From: Amoeboaphelidium protococcarum X5
Lineage: Eukaryota > Fungi > Aphelidiomycota
Length of the DNA: 64,000 nucleotides
Assembly: GCA_023515725.1 (NCBI GenBank)
Contig: JALDTO010000215.1
Location: forward strand, 397,053 to 461,052
Direction: 5' to 3'
Part shown: in pieces, positions 30,531-43,372 of the stretch
How the letters are laid out: each line of letters begins with the position of its first letter
Position numbering within the stretch: the stretch's first letter is position 1
Position numbers and translations under genes: made by a program
The notes under the pieces: generated by a model
Databases searched by the model: none
Told to the model about the DNA's origin: nothing
What the model saw: the letters and a program-made list of their open reading frames with translations, nothing else

Positions 30531-31981
30531 ATGACAGCGGAGACTACACAGAAAGATTAGGCAGCTTAATAAGCTCAGCGGAGTCATGGTCATCACAAGA
30601 GCAGTCATTAGAGTGGATCTTCTGCTGCGCATACATCGTCTGTCGTTGGATCTCATTACAAAATCATTAAAAAGATTGGCGAAGGATCATTTGGTATTAT
30701 TTATGAAGGTATGCTGTTTATTGAGTGAACTGATTTGGCCATCATGTACTTGTTTATCCGATATCTGCTATATATGCATTCATCTATGTAGGAGTGAGTT
30801 TGTTAAATGACATCCCGGTTGCGATAAAGTTTGAGCCTAGAAAGTCTGATGCGCCTCAGTTGAGAGATGAGTATAGAACATATAAAATTTTACAGGGATC
30901 TGTCGGTGTACCTCAAGTATACTACTTTGGTCAGGAGGGACTTCATAATATTCTGGTTATTGATCTACTTGGCTCGTCGCTGGAGGATCTGTTCGATCTG
31001 TGCAACCGCAAGTTGACTGTGAAGTGCACAGCAATGGCTGCCAAGTAGATGATTACTCGAGTGCAGGCCATTCATGAGAAGAATCTGATATACAGAGACA
31101 TTAAGCCGGATAATTTTCTTGTTGGCAGAGGTGCCGCCAAGTAGAATATGATTTACATTGTCGACTTTGGTATGGCCAAACAGTATCGGGACCCAAAGAC
31201 GAAGCAGCACATCCCATATCGAGAGAGAAAGAGCTTGAGTGGAACTGCGCGTTACATGTCCATAAACACTCATCTGGGGAGGGAGTAGTCGCGCAGGGAT
31301 GATCTGGAGGCTCTGGGCCATGTGTTTATGTACTTTCTGCGTGGATCGTTGCCGTGGCAAGGCTTGAAGGCTGCCACTAATAAGCAAAAGTATGAGAAGA
31401 TTGGTGAGAAGAAGTAATAGACGAACATTAAGGATCTCTGCGAAGGGTTCCCTGAGGAGTTTGCCATGTACTTGACTTATGCTAGGAAACTCGGCTTTGA
31501 GGAGACTCCAGATTATGACTATCTGAGAGGGTTGATGAACAAGGTTCTGTAGAAGATTAATGAGACTGATGATGCAGTATATGACTGGATGCTGATTGAG
31601 AAGAATAAATCCAAGAAGATTGATGAATTGAGTCCTAATGGCACGAATAAGGCCATTTAGCCAACGAGTAATGCACAGATCAACAGCTCCACTCATGTCA
31701 GTCAGAAGCCGGATGGTGATCAGAATCAGAATATGTCTACAGCATCCCGTGTTAATCAGTCCACGGGTGGCGGCATTAATAGCACTGCTGGGAATAATAA
31801 TAATAATAATCTGGGAGTCTCTAATCCGAATCAGAAGGCCAACGCGTCGAATGCTAATATGATCAACACTTCATCAGGCTTGCGCAACAATAATGCTAAC
31901 GCTGGTGGATCTACAGAGCGAAGAGGTGGCGGTGGTGTCAAGGGTTGGTTCCTAAGAGTATTCTGTTGTGCTGGCTAATGA
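30531..31981 (+). CDS. Casein kinase I (Yck1/2/CK1-gamma type)
   Basis: KIGEGSFG, intron 30709-30791, [37 protein letters not shown]; C-terminal FCCAGQ di-cysteine. Confidence 0.96.
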
Positions 31982-32905
31982 TACTGCTGATTCGATTTCA
32001 TGAGACTCTTTTATAGTAGGTAATGTGGTGAGTGAGCGAGTGTCTTGGTATGATTGTAGCCTCTGCTAATATAGAAAGTGTTTGAGTGAAACGTGTGATA
32101 TTCGTGCGGCGTGTGTGTGTTAATGACTAGACTATGTTGGTTAACTCTCACAAATTTTCGCATTGCATTTCCTTTATGCTTTTCTTTCTACCTTTGTACT
32201 ATTTTAGTTATTATTAGTGATGTTTACTGAAACTACTCTTGAAGTGTACTGTAAGCTCTTTAAGCAAATGTTCATACCGCTGTTTAAATGCAGAAACCGA
32301 AACCTTTGAACAAAGATTTTAAAATGTGTGGCGCAGTAAAAGCAAATGGGTGTAAGAAGAAGAACATCTATGGATAAAAGTGTCGCGTACAACTTTAAAC
32401 TAAAACACTATTGTACAAGAGTTGTTAGATGAGAGCGAGATTATCACGCAAAATAAGACTACTGAACAATCAAATCTTTGCTGGAAGTTGTAACCAACTG
32501 GTGTATCATCGGCGTGATCATCAAATAGCAACGACGACCAATCACGTTGCGATGATTTGTCGCTCCGCCTCCTCTTTGCCGGTCGCTCGCTTCCAATTTC
32601 GGTCAACAGACGGACGGACAGACGGACGACACTTTTCCATCGCTCTGACCGGTTTCGCTTTGACCCAATTCACTCGCCTCTTCTCTCTTCCTCTCTTCTC
32701 TCTCACACAATCAAATCAATCAATTAGCAACAGCTAGTCACACTCGTATAAACTAGTGATTATCATCTGCAATTCCATAATAATTTCAATCCTTTAAATA
32801 GATTGATTATTATTATTATATATTACAGATTGCCTTACAATTGAGATTTGATTATTTTGAAGGAAATTGACTGACTGAATCTACAAGACTACACTTGAAC
32901 TGAAT

Positions 32906-35519
32906 ATGAATCCTCCAAATCGTCCTGATAAGGGAGGTAGCAAAGGTCGTTAGGTGACCATCCTGGCCAATGTGTTCAAGGTATGAACTTTTTGTATTGA
33001 CATTTTAGATCATTTATTCGTTATTGCTGTCATCTCTCTCACTCTAAATGTAGGCTACACTGCCAAAAGGTGCAATTCACTTTTACGATGTTACCATTGT
33101 GGAGCACGGTGCCAAGACTCCAGAGGCTCCAAAGATTGGACAGAAGGGCGTTGTGTTGAAGAATCCTATGAAGCCTGCTGTCAACAGAGAGATTTTGAAT
33201 CTGGTGGCTAAGCAGTTTGCAAAGGACTTGACTGGTGTCGCTGTGGCTTATGATGGTAAGAGTAATGCTTACACCACCAAGCCTCTGCCGTTTGAGGAGC
33301 GCAACTTTGAAGTTACTATGCAAGTGGAGGGTCGTGAGAAGACTTTCACCATCACCATGAAGGCTGTCAAAGTTGTGCAGTTGTCTGTGCTGGCTGACTT
33401 TATCGGTGGTAAGCAGCGTGAGATGCCTATGGAGGCTCTGACTGCTCTGGATGTCATTATGGCTGCCGTGCCTTCTGACAAGTGGGTGCCGCGTGGTAGA
33501 AACTTTTACAATCCTCAGCAGAATACAAGACTGGGTGGTGGTGTTGAGGCTTGGAGTGGTTACTTCCAATCTTTGCGTCCTGTGCAGAGTGGTCTGGTGT
33601 TGAACTTGGATGTCTCTGCATCTGCATTCTACAAGCACTAGCCTGTTCTGGATCTGCTGTGTGAAGTCTGGGGATTGAGAAGTCAGGCTGATCTGGCTCA
33701 ATTCCGTCCACGTAGAGATGACATTATGCGCCTGAAGAAGATTGTGCGTCACTTGAAGGTGCAGTTGACTCACAGATCCGACTTTAAGCGTACCATTCGT
33801 GTTATGGACGTTAGTCAGGATCCTGTTGCCAGCTGCATGTTCAATGCTGACGGTAAGACTATCAGTGTGGCTGACTACTTCCGTGACACTTACAATGTGC
33901 AGCTGCGTTATCCTAACCTGCCGTGCTTTGTCTGTGGTGCCAACCGTGCTCTTTTCCCTATGGAGATTTGTACCGTCGTTCCATCTCAGCCGTACGCTCC
34001 GAAGCTGGATGCTGACCAGGTTGCTAGTATGATCAAGTTTACCGCTACTCGTCCTGGTGATCGTATAAGACGTATTGAGGATGGTTTTCGTGATTTGGGA
34101 TGTAACTCTAGTGCCCAGTTGGCTGATATTGGCTTGAACATTGACAACCGTCTGTCTCAGGTCAAGGCTCGTGTTCTGGATCCTCCTACCATCTTGTACA
34201 AGGATCGCAAGGTTGTTGAGCCTCGTGAAGCTTCCGGTGGTTCTTGGAACATGAGAGGCCGTGCTTTCATTGACGGTGTAACTGTGAATAACTGGGGTGT
34301 TATCGTTGTGGGAACTCAGCGTGATGCTCAGCCGCAAAAGGTGCAGTATTTTGCTCAGGAGTTGGCTCAAATGGGACGTAATACTGGTGTTCCATTTAAG
34401 AATCCACGTCCAGAGGTTGTCTATGCTTCCGAGTAGCCTGAAGATATTCTGGCCAAGATGCAGCAGTTGAAGCAGCGCATCAATGCACGTATTGACTTTA
34501 TTCTGTTCATGGTGCGTGGATCTGCCGCTGTGTATGGTGCCATTAAGCGTCTGTGTGATTCTGAGCTGGGTGTTGCAAGTCAGTGTATGCTGATGAAGCA
34601 TTCTTACACTCCAAAGCCGCAGTACATGGCCAATTTGTTGCTGAAGATCAACTCTAAGCTGGGTGGTTAGAATGCTCGTATTGGTGGTGATTTGCCTGGA
34701 TTTGATCGTCCAACCATCTTGATTGGTATTGACGTTACGCATCCAACTGGTGTGCCTCGTTCTGCCACCAGCGTGCCGCCCTCTATTGTCGGTGTCGTGG
34801 GATCCATGGATCGTTATGCTTCTCAGTACAGCTCCATTATTGATTTCCAGAATGGTCGTGAAGAGAATGTTACGCGTCTCTCTGAGATGGTGAAGACTTT
34901 GTTGCGTCGTTTCTTTTCCGCTGGTGGTGTCAAGCCTGAGCGTCTGATCATCTTCCGTGATGGTGTCTCTGAGGGTCAGTTTGGTTTGGTGTTCAAGAAG
35001 GAGGTGCAGGCTATCCAGTCTGCTTGCTTTGAGTTGGATCCAAACTACAAGCCGCCAGTGACGTTTATCATCACTCAGAAGCGTCACCACATTCGCTTGT
35101 TCCCTGCCGGTCGTAATGAGGGAGACCGTTCTGGTAATGTCATGCCTGGTACTGTTGTGGATTCTGAGATTTGTCATCCTGTGGAGTATGATTTCTATCT
35201 GAACTCTCACTCTGGTATTCAAGGAACTAACCGTCCATGCCACTACCATGTGCTGTTGGATCAGAACAATTTCTCTAGTGATAAGCTGTAAGAATTGGTG
35301 TACAAATTGTGTTTTACTTATAGTAGATGTACCAGATCAGTAAGTATCCCACCTCCGATCTTCTACGCTGACTTGCTCGCATATCGCGCAAGACTGCTGA
35401 GTAAGCGCGATTTGTGGAGTGGGTCAGATACTTAATCTACTGCTTCTGCTGGATCCGACTATCGTTCTGACCTGTTGCCTATTAATCAAGCTTTGGCGAA
35501 TGTATTGTTCTTTGTGTGA
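32906..35519 (+). CDS. AGO: Argonaute (PAZ-MID-PIWI)
   Basis: Exon 32906-32980, intron 32981-33053; ISVADYF...LRYPNLP (PAZ), [56 protein letters not shown]-terminal LFFV. Confidence 0.97.
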
Positions 35520-37024
35520 GTTGCGTTTGGAAATGAGGAATGGAATTTATGAGAAAAAGATTTGGCGTATAAGTAAAAAATCAGTGGCAATACTAAATTT
35601 TTAGTAATATGGTCTTTATGTTGTCGTTTTTCGCTTGATTTTTTCACGTGTTGTCGTGATTGCCTCTTCATCAATCGCTCATCGTGAATATCTCTCTCAA
35701 GACTTGGAAGATGATATTGAAACGGTTTACGGTTTTAGATTGAAGCTTCAATCTGTCTCACTAGTCATCTTTATTCGACTCATCCCAGTGTTCCGGAAAG
35801 AAGCCTCTCCACCTAGACTGTGTGGAGAAGTGAAAACTTACCTCGACTCGACTTTTTAATCGACGATGTAGCGATAGATGCATGATGAGCCAATGTACAA
35901 GCTATGCTTTACGTACAGACGCTGCACTAATCGCGTTAATGCATACCACCTCCGATATTTTATGCAGCTTCCATTGTACCCATATCACGAGTCACAACAA
36001 AAGTTTGGGTTATCAAGGGGGTATTCAGGGGGTGTTTAGCGGGGGTAAATAGCAGCAGATTTTTATCGTCTCTAACATAGTTACGAGCAAACCAGCATTC
36101 CACATCCATTGATTCAAATTCTGTAGTACAAGTACGCTGATGATTGTCTGCTGAAGCCTAATTCGCAGGACTTATCAAAATCTACGTCGTTGATTCAGTT
36201 CCAAGTTGATGAGTAAGTTTGCTGTTCCAATTCCACATTAGTCCATAATTCAGTCCACATCCAAAATGAAATGTGAGGCTAATAGTCCATGTCCAATCCT
36301 CACTGAAGTGGAATGGAAAAGAAGATGTTGGTCAGAATTGGATTCAATGAGCCGCACTTTGATGACAATGCGCATTTAAAATGGTCGCGTCGCAGAATGA
36401 CTAGTGTTGTCGCTATTAAATATTCAAGCTGAATTGTACATGTACATATCACTGTCTTAGTCGACAAGTAGCGTTGAACAGTAATAAATGATAAGAATCA
36501 ACCTCGTCCAGTCGTTTTTATAAACTAAGGAGTACATATCTTTCAAGTACTTTTCAGTTGTTTCAACTTTTAAGCGATAAAGGGAGTGTCTCAGTGCATC
36601 AAATGCATTAACACGGTGGTAGCGCATCAATCGGTTGTTCTATTGCCTTTTCCACGCATCCGTCATTAACTTCTACAATATTTAATTGTATATAAATAAA
36701 ATGCAAGACAATATTGTCGCGTGATTCAGCGACTGGATTGAGCTGGATTAAGCTGGATGATGAGAAAAAGCTGATGCGATCAATTGATTGAGAGAATGCA
36801 ATATGAATAGGAATTTACTTTGAATAAAAAGGGAATTGAGCAATATAGTAATTAGTAATACTTTTTTTTCTATATCTGTTTCACCTGCTATAAAAAGAGA
36901 AAAAACTGTGCGATAATATTGTGGTATCTTCGCCTTTACATCGTGCCTCCGGCTAACGTTAAGTTGATTATTCTCTGGATTACTTGCATCTGGTGGTCAA
37001 ATCAAGAACTAAACAACTAAAAGG

Positions 37025-38104
37025 ATGGAAGTTTCTTCTGCTTAGTCCGTATTACATAGCCAATGGCTGGCCAGATACAATCCTCAGTATATCGTCATCA
37101 ATAAGAGACGTAAGGAGGCATACGTTACTCTGAATTCCAGATTAGATGCAGAAAATCTGATGCAAGATGCATTGGCGAGAGGGATGTTCCATGAGCGCGT
37201 GTAATTCGCTTACGCGTCTAATTATGGCCTGGAATCCCAATGTGTCGCTACTTGGGAGAATGAGATTGATAGAAGGTCTGGAATTTTTACATTGTCGGCG
37301 GCAAGAATCCTGGAAGATGAAAATCCCACGTTTCGAATCTGGGCTGCTCGAGAGATTGGACGTTCTGGTCTTGAGCCAAACTTTCGTTACGTCAGAAGGT
37401 CTTTGACACATCACTAGTTGACTTTGGCACGTAAATTTGGTGATCTCTGGCTGGGTGGCTTTGTGATTGAGGAACCATATAAACCACGTGGTGACTACAC
37501 TGCTCCCTTCCACATCAGCTTTAATATCTATGATGAGCCTTTTGAAGAATATGGTGTAACTTGTCAACTTGCAGTCTCAAATTTTTTGGCTCAAGGTAAT
37601 GATATAGCAGTAATATCCAAGCTTAAAGTGTTTCACGAGGAAAATCTTGATTCTCTAGCAAGCAAGTGGTTAGAGGATTATACTGATTTGCGTCGGAATA
37701 AGTACCGACGTGAATACCGCCAGATAAAATTGGATTTTATCGCCAAGTTTATTGGTTACCTTGGCGAGACGATCTTTCATATATGCAGAGAATGCTTTGG
37801 CGCGTGGTTGATGAGTATTTTACGATATAAACATGCAGATTAAATGACTTCATTCGTTCAAAATTCATCTTTGATCATAGTCCGTTCTGCACTGTTAGAG
37901 TCCGTCGCAGCTCCCTTAAATTCCTTCGACTTATTCATAGACTATCTCCACTCTTCAAACAAATTCCGTGCTTCAGAATCATACTCTTTCCATTCGGGAA
38001 TTAATCGCTATGCTCGCTCCAACTTTGGCTCCTTGGTCATTGGATTATTGCAGAGATCGATAGTCTTGGCGCGAGTGAGCGACTCATCAGAACACCAAGT
38101 CTGA
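37025..38104 (+). CDS. Orphan protein with weak RRM-like N-terminus (3' end uncertain: 37843 or 38104)
   Basis: Code-6 ORF from ATG 37025 ([18 protein letters not shown] is RNP1-like); first in-frame TGA lies antisense within UGGT. Confidence 0.5.
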
Positions 38105-41100
38105 CACCAAAGCCATTCTTGAGGAAGAGAGTGAATCGGTATCGCATGTTGCGCATCATTAGGCAAGTCTTGGTCCAGATTAGCAAGAGAATTAGGATCA
38201 CTAGTCACCATCTGATAGTGCTGTCTCAGACGATCACCTGCGGCAATCATTCTAAATCTATTCAAATCCACGACATACAATGCAGAGATGTGATACGACT
38301 TGCCTTGCAGATGCTCCTTCCAGTATCCCTTCTTCCAAAATCTGAAATTCTCGATATCCGACCTGTCATCACAGAATGGAGTGTACGCATACGGTGCACC
38401 ATCTTTGAGTTCCATATCAATGAGTTCCTTCATGTCGGCGCGAACAATTTGATCAGCATCAACAAAGATAATTTTATTCAAATCCAATGGGAAGAGCACG
38501 TCAAGAAACAAGATCTTGTACGCCCATATGATTCTCTACTTTTCAGTCTAATGCCGCAGCCATTAAGGCCATTTATAAGTGACCAGCTGGTACTTGAACT
38601 AGTATTTCTCAGCCATAGCAGGTAGGAAATCTTTAAACTGGGGAGACAGAAAGTTTTCAATAAACCAAAACTTGACATCAGATTTCGTGTGCCTCAACAC
38701 ACTGATAATCATAATCCTCAAGAATCGCTCGTATAAATGACCAGATGCAACAGAAAAGATATTAATCTATCCATGTTTATAGTCGGAAAACTATTTCGAA
38801 AGGCCAAGCCACTCGGACCACGACTTCTTTTCTCGACTGGCAGCATCTTGAGCATTCTCGGTCAGTAAATCTTCATCCAACTTTCCCGCCTTCTTACCAA
38901 CTTTAGTCAACAGTAAAGACCCGGTAAACTTGGTTAGATAAATCTACAGGCTGCCATTAGCATCAACTCTATTGACACCATGCCGGCCATCTTGGACACT
39001 GATTAAATCGTAGAATTCTTGAGATCGACCATCTCTAATCTTTAACTGCCATACACCAGGATTAGCTTGCAATTGATAATAACCAAGGTTGGCCATGACT
39101 ATAGTGTCAGTAGTGATGGCATCAGTGTTCAATCTTCCCAATGTAAACTACAGACCGCGCGGCGCCGTTCCCAACTTGACATCTCTAGCATGACCTTCAA
39201 TCAAAATATTGACCAATGCCAGCTCGGCGTATAGGCCTTTGGATGACTTCACCTCAGCCATGCGAATATTGTCCAAATCGAAAACTGATTTCTTCTACAT
39301 TACCACCCAAGCCTATGGTATTTCAGTGGCGAGCGTAAACAGAGGTTCTAGTGGGATATGATCAAGGCTTGTTTGCGGTTAATCCAACAAACCATCTTCC
39401 TAAAAAGTGACCAACGTCTAATAATTAAGTTGATAATAGCGATCTATAGGCATCTTGTCGCCAACAACTTCAGATGGATTCCAGTACACTTGAAGTTGAA
39501 TTAAGCTATTCAGATGGGATAGTTCGGTTAGAATAGACAGAGCACGTTGGGCAGACGGAAGCGATGGATCAACGACACCTATAATCTAAATGTATGCGTC
39601 ATCAGATCCCAAATGCACCATGGAGTACTTGTTCTTAAGATTGCTGGCTATACTAATTCTTTAGACGTCTTTTAGAGTCGAGCCAAAAGGTAAAAAGCCT
39701 CCACCTAGCTGGAGATGCTTCATCGCTGCATTCATGACAGCATTGTATGCCAACAATAGTTAATCACCAGGATTCAAGACTCCTTCTTTCTACTGATCCT
39801 GTGCATTATCATCATTATCAGTAAGCTCTTGATTGATAATTAAACGTAAAGGCCTGAAAGCCTCAAATTCACCAGTACACAATTCAGTTAGATCATCTCC
39901 ACTGAGGAAATAGCCACGCTGAAAAGGACCGATCAACTTACCGTTAATGACAACGAATGAACCAATCTACTCTATGTCATTCTATATTGGCACTTACTAC
40001 AGCACCAACTTTAACAATTCACCATTACTATAAGTCTTACTGTCTCTGGCATCAGAGGCAATGAAAGCAATTCTAACACTATCACGAATCTCCTTGGAGG
40101 ATGACTCGTAAAAATTTTCAATTTCATTCAGTATAGATTCTTTATCATCTGCAGCGTGTATCCACAAAGTAATGCTGCAAGACTTGGAGCATTCTCCATA
40201 GCTGTAAGACACTCTCTAAAGCAGATCCGACTATTGGAACACTGACGAGGTCAAGTCAAGAATTTTAACATACTCATCTTACAAATACGGATTTCTTCTA
40301 CTTTTAGCTTTCTATATCTATAACAAATGATGATAGACATTCGTTTAATCATTCACTTTACCATAATATGCTGCCTGTTACAGGTACTGTATTTACTGTG
40401 TGATAGTCTAACCCAAATACTATGCGTGATTGTCATCAAGTTCATGATACGCTCCATTTATAAACAAGGCTCCATTATATGACTAATTATCGCCATCCAT
40501 ATCAGTCATAACTTTATCCCCAGCAGTGAAGGGAAACAAGAACAGGTCCTTCTACTTCTAATCTACCAAACTCTAGAATTTATTCAATCTATCCTCAGTA
40601 TAAGATATAACTTCATCAAAAGTCAATTCTTAATACGGCTGATCGTCTTTACTAAAAGACTTTGACTTACTAATGATTTTATAAGTTTTTATGATAGCAT
40701 TATACTTCTAATGCGCCACATCCTCAGACATAGGACCAGCGCTAGTAGCAAGATGCTCAGCCAGCTGGCTAATAAAATTACTTGCAGCCTTCTTGCCGTA
40801 GTTATCCAACAATACAAAGAATACTTTAATCAAGTGACCATCCAGCTCTCCATTAATCTTTATCGGAAGAAAGCCAACTCTGATAGGATAACTCTTTGCA
40901 ATGAAATCCAAATACTATTAAAGAGCATTCAATCCAACTTTACTCGACAGCGAAGTGGCAATTACAACATTGACAATATTCTTTCTGATCATAGGTAGTT
41001 GTCCTGCTCGTTGAATCTAAAATAAACCTTATAGGGATGTTGGATACTACTTGTACCTGCCATCCTTTTCAATATCATTCCACCACACCACGGGAGAGAT

Positions 41101-42570
41101 ATCAGACTTTTTCTATCTCTATCCAGGCCGCTCAAACTTCATTCGCATATCATACACCTCCTATCTCCCATCTTATTAGCCACCACTCCCAGACTTCCCT
41201 GACTAACCAGAAATGGATGATATCAGATCTTACATAGTATTATTACCGTCAAAGCTAATGTTTAAATTCTTGATAAAGTTGGACAACCAAAATTCCACTC
41301 TCATTATATCAGACAGAGTGAACACGTCAATATCGCTTAGATCCACCACCAGACCATTAATTAGCATAATCTACTGACCTCGTCCCGGCACTTGATTAAA
41401 GTATCTCTTATTGACATTAATTTCACTTCTCAGCTTAGCATTGACAGATTAATTGAGTGCCTAAGCGTAGAATGAAGGAAATTTACATAGGATCTTCTGT
41501 GCTGTATGAACAGAAAATGGCAGGTCCATAAACCACGATGCTAATCTGTATCCCATATCTGGCAACGTTTTCTTCTTATCATCTTGACTCAATTAATAAA
41601 TGGAATTTTGATTCAACTAATCCACCAACAGCTAATTAACATAATTTAGCTGAGATTCATTATAATCATAGCGGTGGTACAGAGCATTAAAAGTCTCAAA
41701 ATCTAGATTGTCATTTAAAGTCATATTAGTTGCCTATTAACTCTACACTTCAGAATCTTCATCCTAGTATTTTTAATCATCTTTAGCCTTGTACTCTGTA
41801 CTCTTCACCGCCAACTCTATACCATATCCACTAAGAGTAGAATACTCTCTCAGAGCTACTGATGATGATGATGCTTAACTAGATGGTGGAATCCACATGA
41901 ATATAAACTTGACCTTGCCACCATACTTTGTCATAAACTATTAAAATAACTGTCCGGGCTTTTGAGAATATATTACAACATTAATAGGCAAGGAGTTCAA
42001 TATGAAGGATGGTAATCCATTGCCAATAACAAGACCAAGCTTACTCTCAGCATCAGATGCCATCGACATGGACTACTACTACCGCGCTCCTCCAATAGTA
42101 ACATTCTAGGACTAAAGATCACTTTCAAACTCTTTAATAGAACAGAATATATCACCACCCAGCTTGATAAATTCCAACTGACATTGCTCCTTCTATATCG
42201 CCTATTAGAGAGTATCAGAGTAATATTGATACTGAGCGAGTATACTGACCAAATCGTACTTGACCGAAAGATGCATATCTATAATCTCTCTCCACTTGGT
42301 TATATTAACACCATCTCCATATAGAAAACTTCCAGTATTATTAGCGATAATCTAATTATAAATATGACGGTCATCATCTACAGTGGTAGAGTCCACATGG
42401 AAGAGAGGCAATAGACAATTTACAGACTGAGTGACAGTGTAACAACTCTGAGCAGCCAGTGCATAGAACGGACATCCACCTTTCATAGTTAAAGATACAC
42501 GAACTTTGCCAGCACTAAGTTGTAATGCGTTGGTTATCACCATTAGCAACAGCCATTTTAAATATACCAT
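37858..42570 (-). CDS. UGGT: UDP-glucose:glycoprotein glucosyltransferase (1570 aa)
   Basis: Signal peptide; [58 protein letters not shown]; ends KDEF-TGA. Confidence 0.96.
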
Positions 42571-42724
42571 TCTTGCAATTTGAGTACACTATAAAGAACT
42601 GCTACAAAATGATAATGGACTTTCTTGGGTGATCGACTGTGAAAAAGAGCGCGAACGCAAGAAGACAAAAGAGAAGAAGAGTAAAGGTTATCATCCCAAC
42701 AGTAAGAATTAAAAATCTTATTAT

Positions 42725-43224
42725 TCACTGTTTATGATTAGCGGAGGAAGTAGGAGGAGAGGCTTTAATCTATAGAGCGTGAATGCCACTCTTCATTTCT
42801 TAGTCCAGAATATCGTAAATCATTCGGTGTCGTTAAAGTGAGCTCTACAGTACAACACACTTAATCCACATCTCGTGTTAACAATAATGTCATACCTTTC
42901 CCGTAAACGCCTCGCTCACAATCTCAACGTGAAAGTGACTCTCCACGGGCTTGAGACCCTTCATAGCGGCGTGTCCAGCTACACCAAATCAGATTTTATA
43001 TAGTAGGTATTAATGCAAAGTGAGATGCTAATTACCATGCAGCGAACTATCATCGCGAATAACCAATTTTTGAGGTTTTAAACTTTAAGTCAACTACACC
43101 GCCGCGATAAATTAGGCTTTTGTATATATTTTTTCATTACAACTCTTACCTTTGTCTCGATGCTTGTCTATATTGGTCCTCTGCTTGATATGTTGCTCAT
43201 CTTGCGGAACACTTGACGCGTCAT
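42725..43224 (-). CDS. BolA-like protein
   Basis: Three short introns; spliced IRDDSSLHAGHAAM...ESHFHVEIVSEAFTGK...LQRHRMIY...IHALQI. Confidence 0.9.
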
Positions 43225-43372
43225 ACAGACTAGTGGCGATATAAGAGAATCGAAAACACCCAAGAGTAAAGTTGAGTAATCGTAAATGAAAACACTATAA
43301 CGCAACGTTCTTAACAAAATCCTGAATAAAAGACAATAAAATTTAATTTGATGCTTTATTAAATGATCGATA

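Noticed and set aside
33039-35249. 736-aa minus-strand ORF
   Set aside because: It is the antisense shadow of the codon-biased Argonaute CDS (few TTA/CTA/TCA codons), with no motifs and no independent gene structure.
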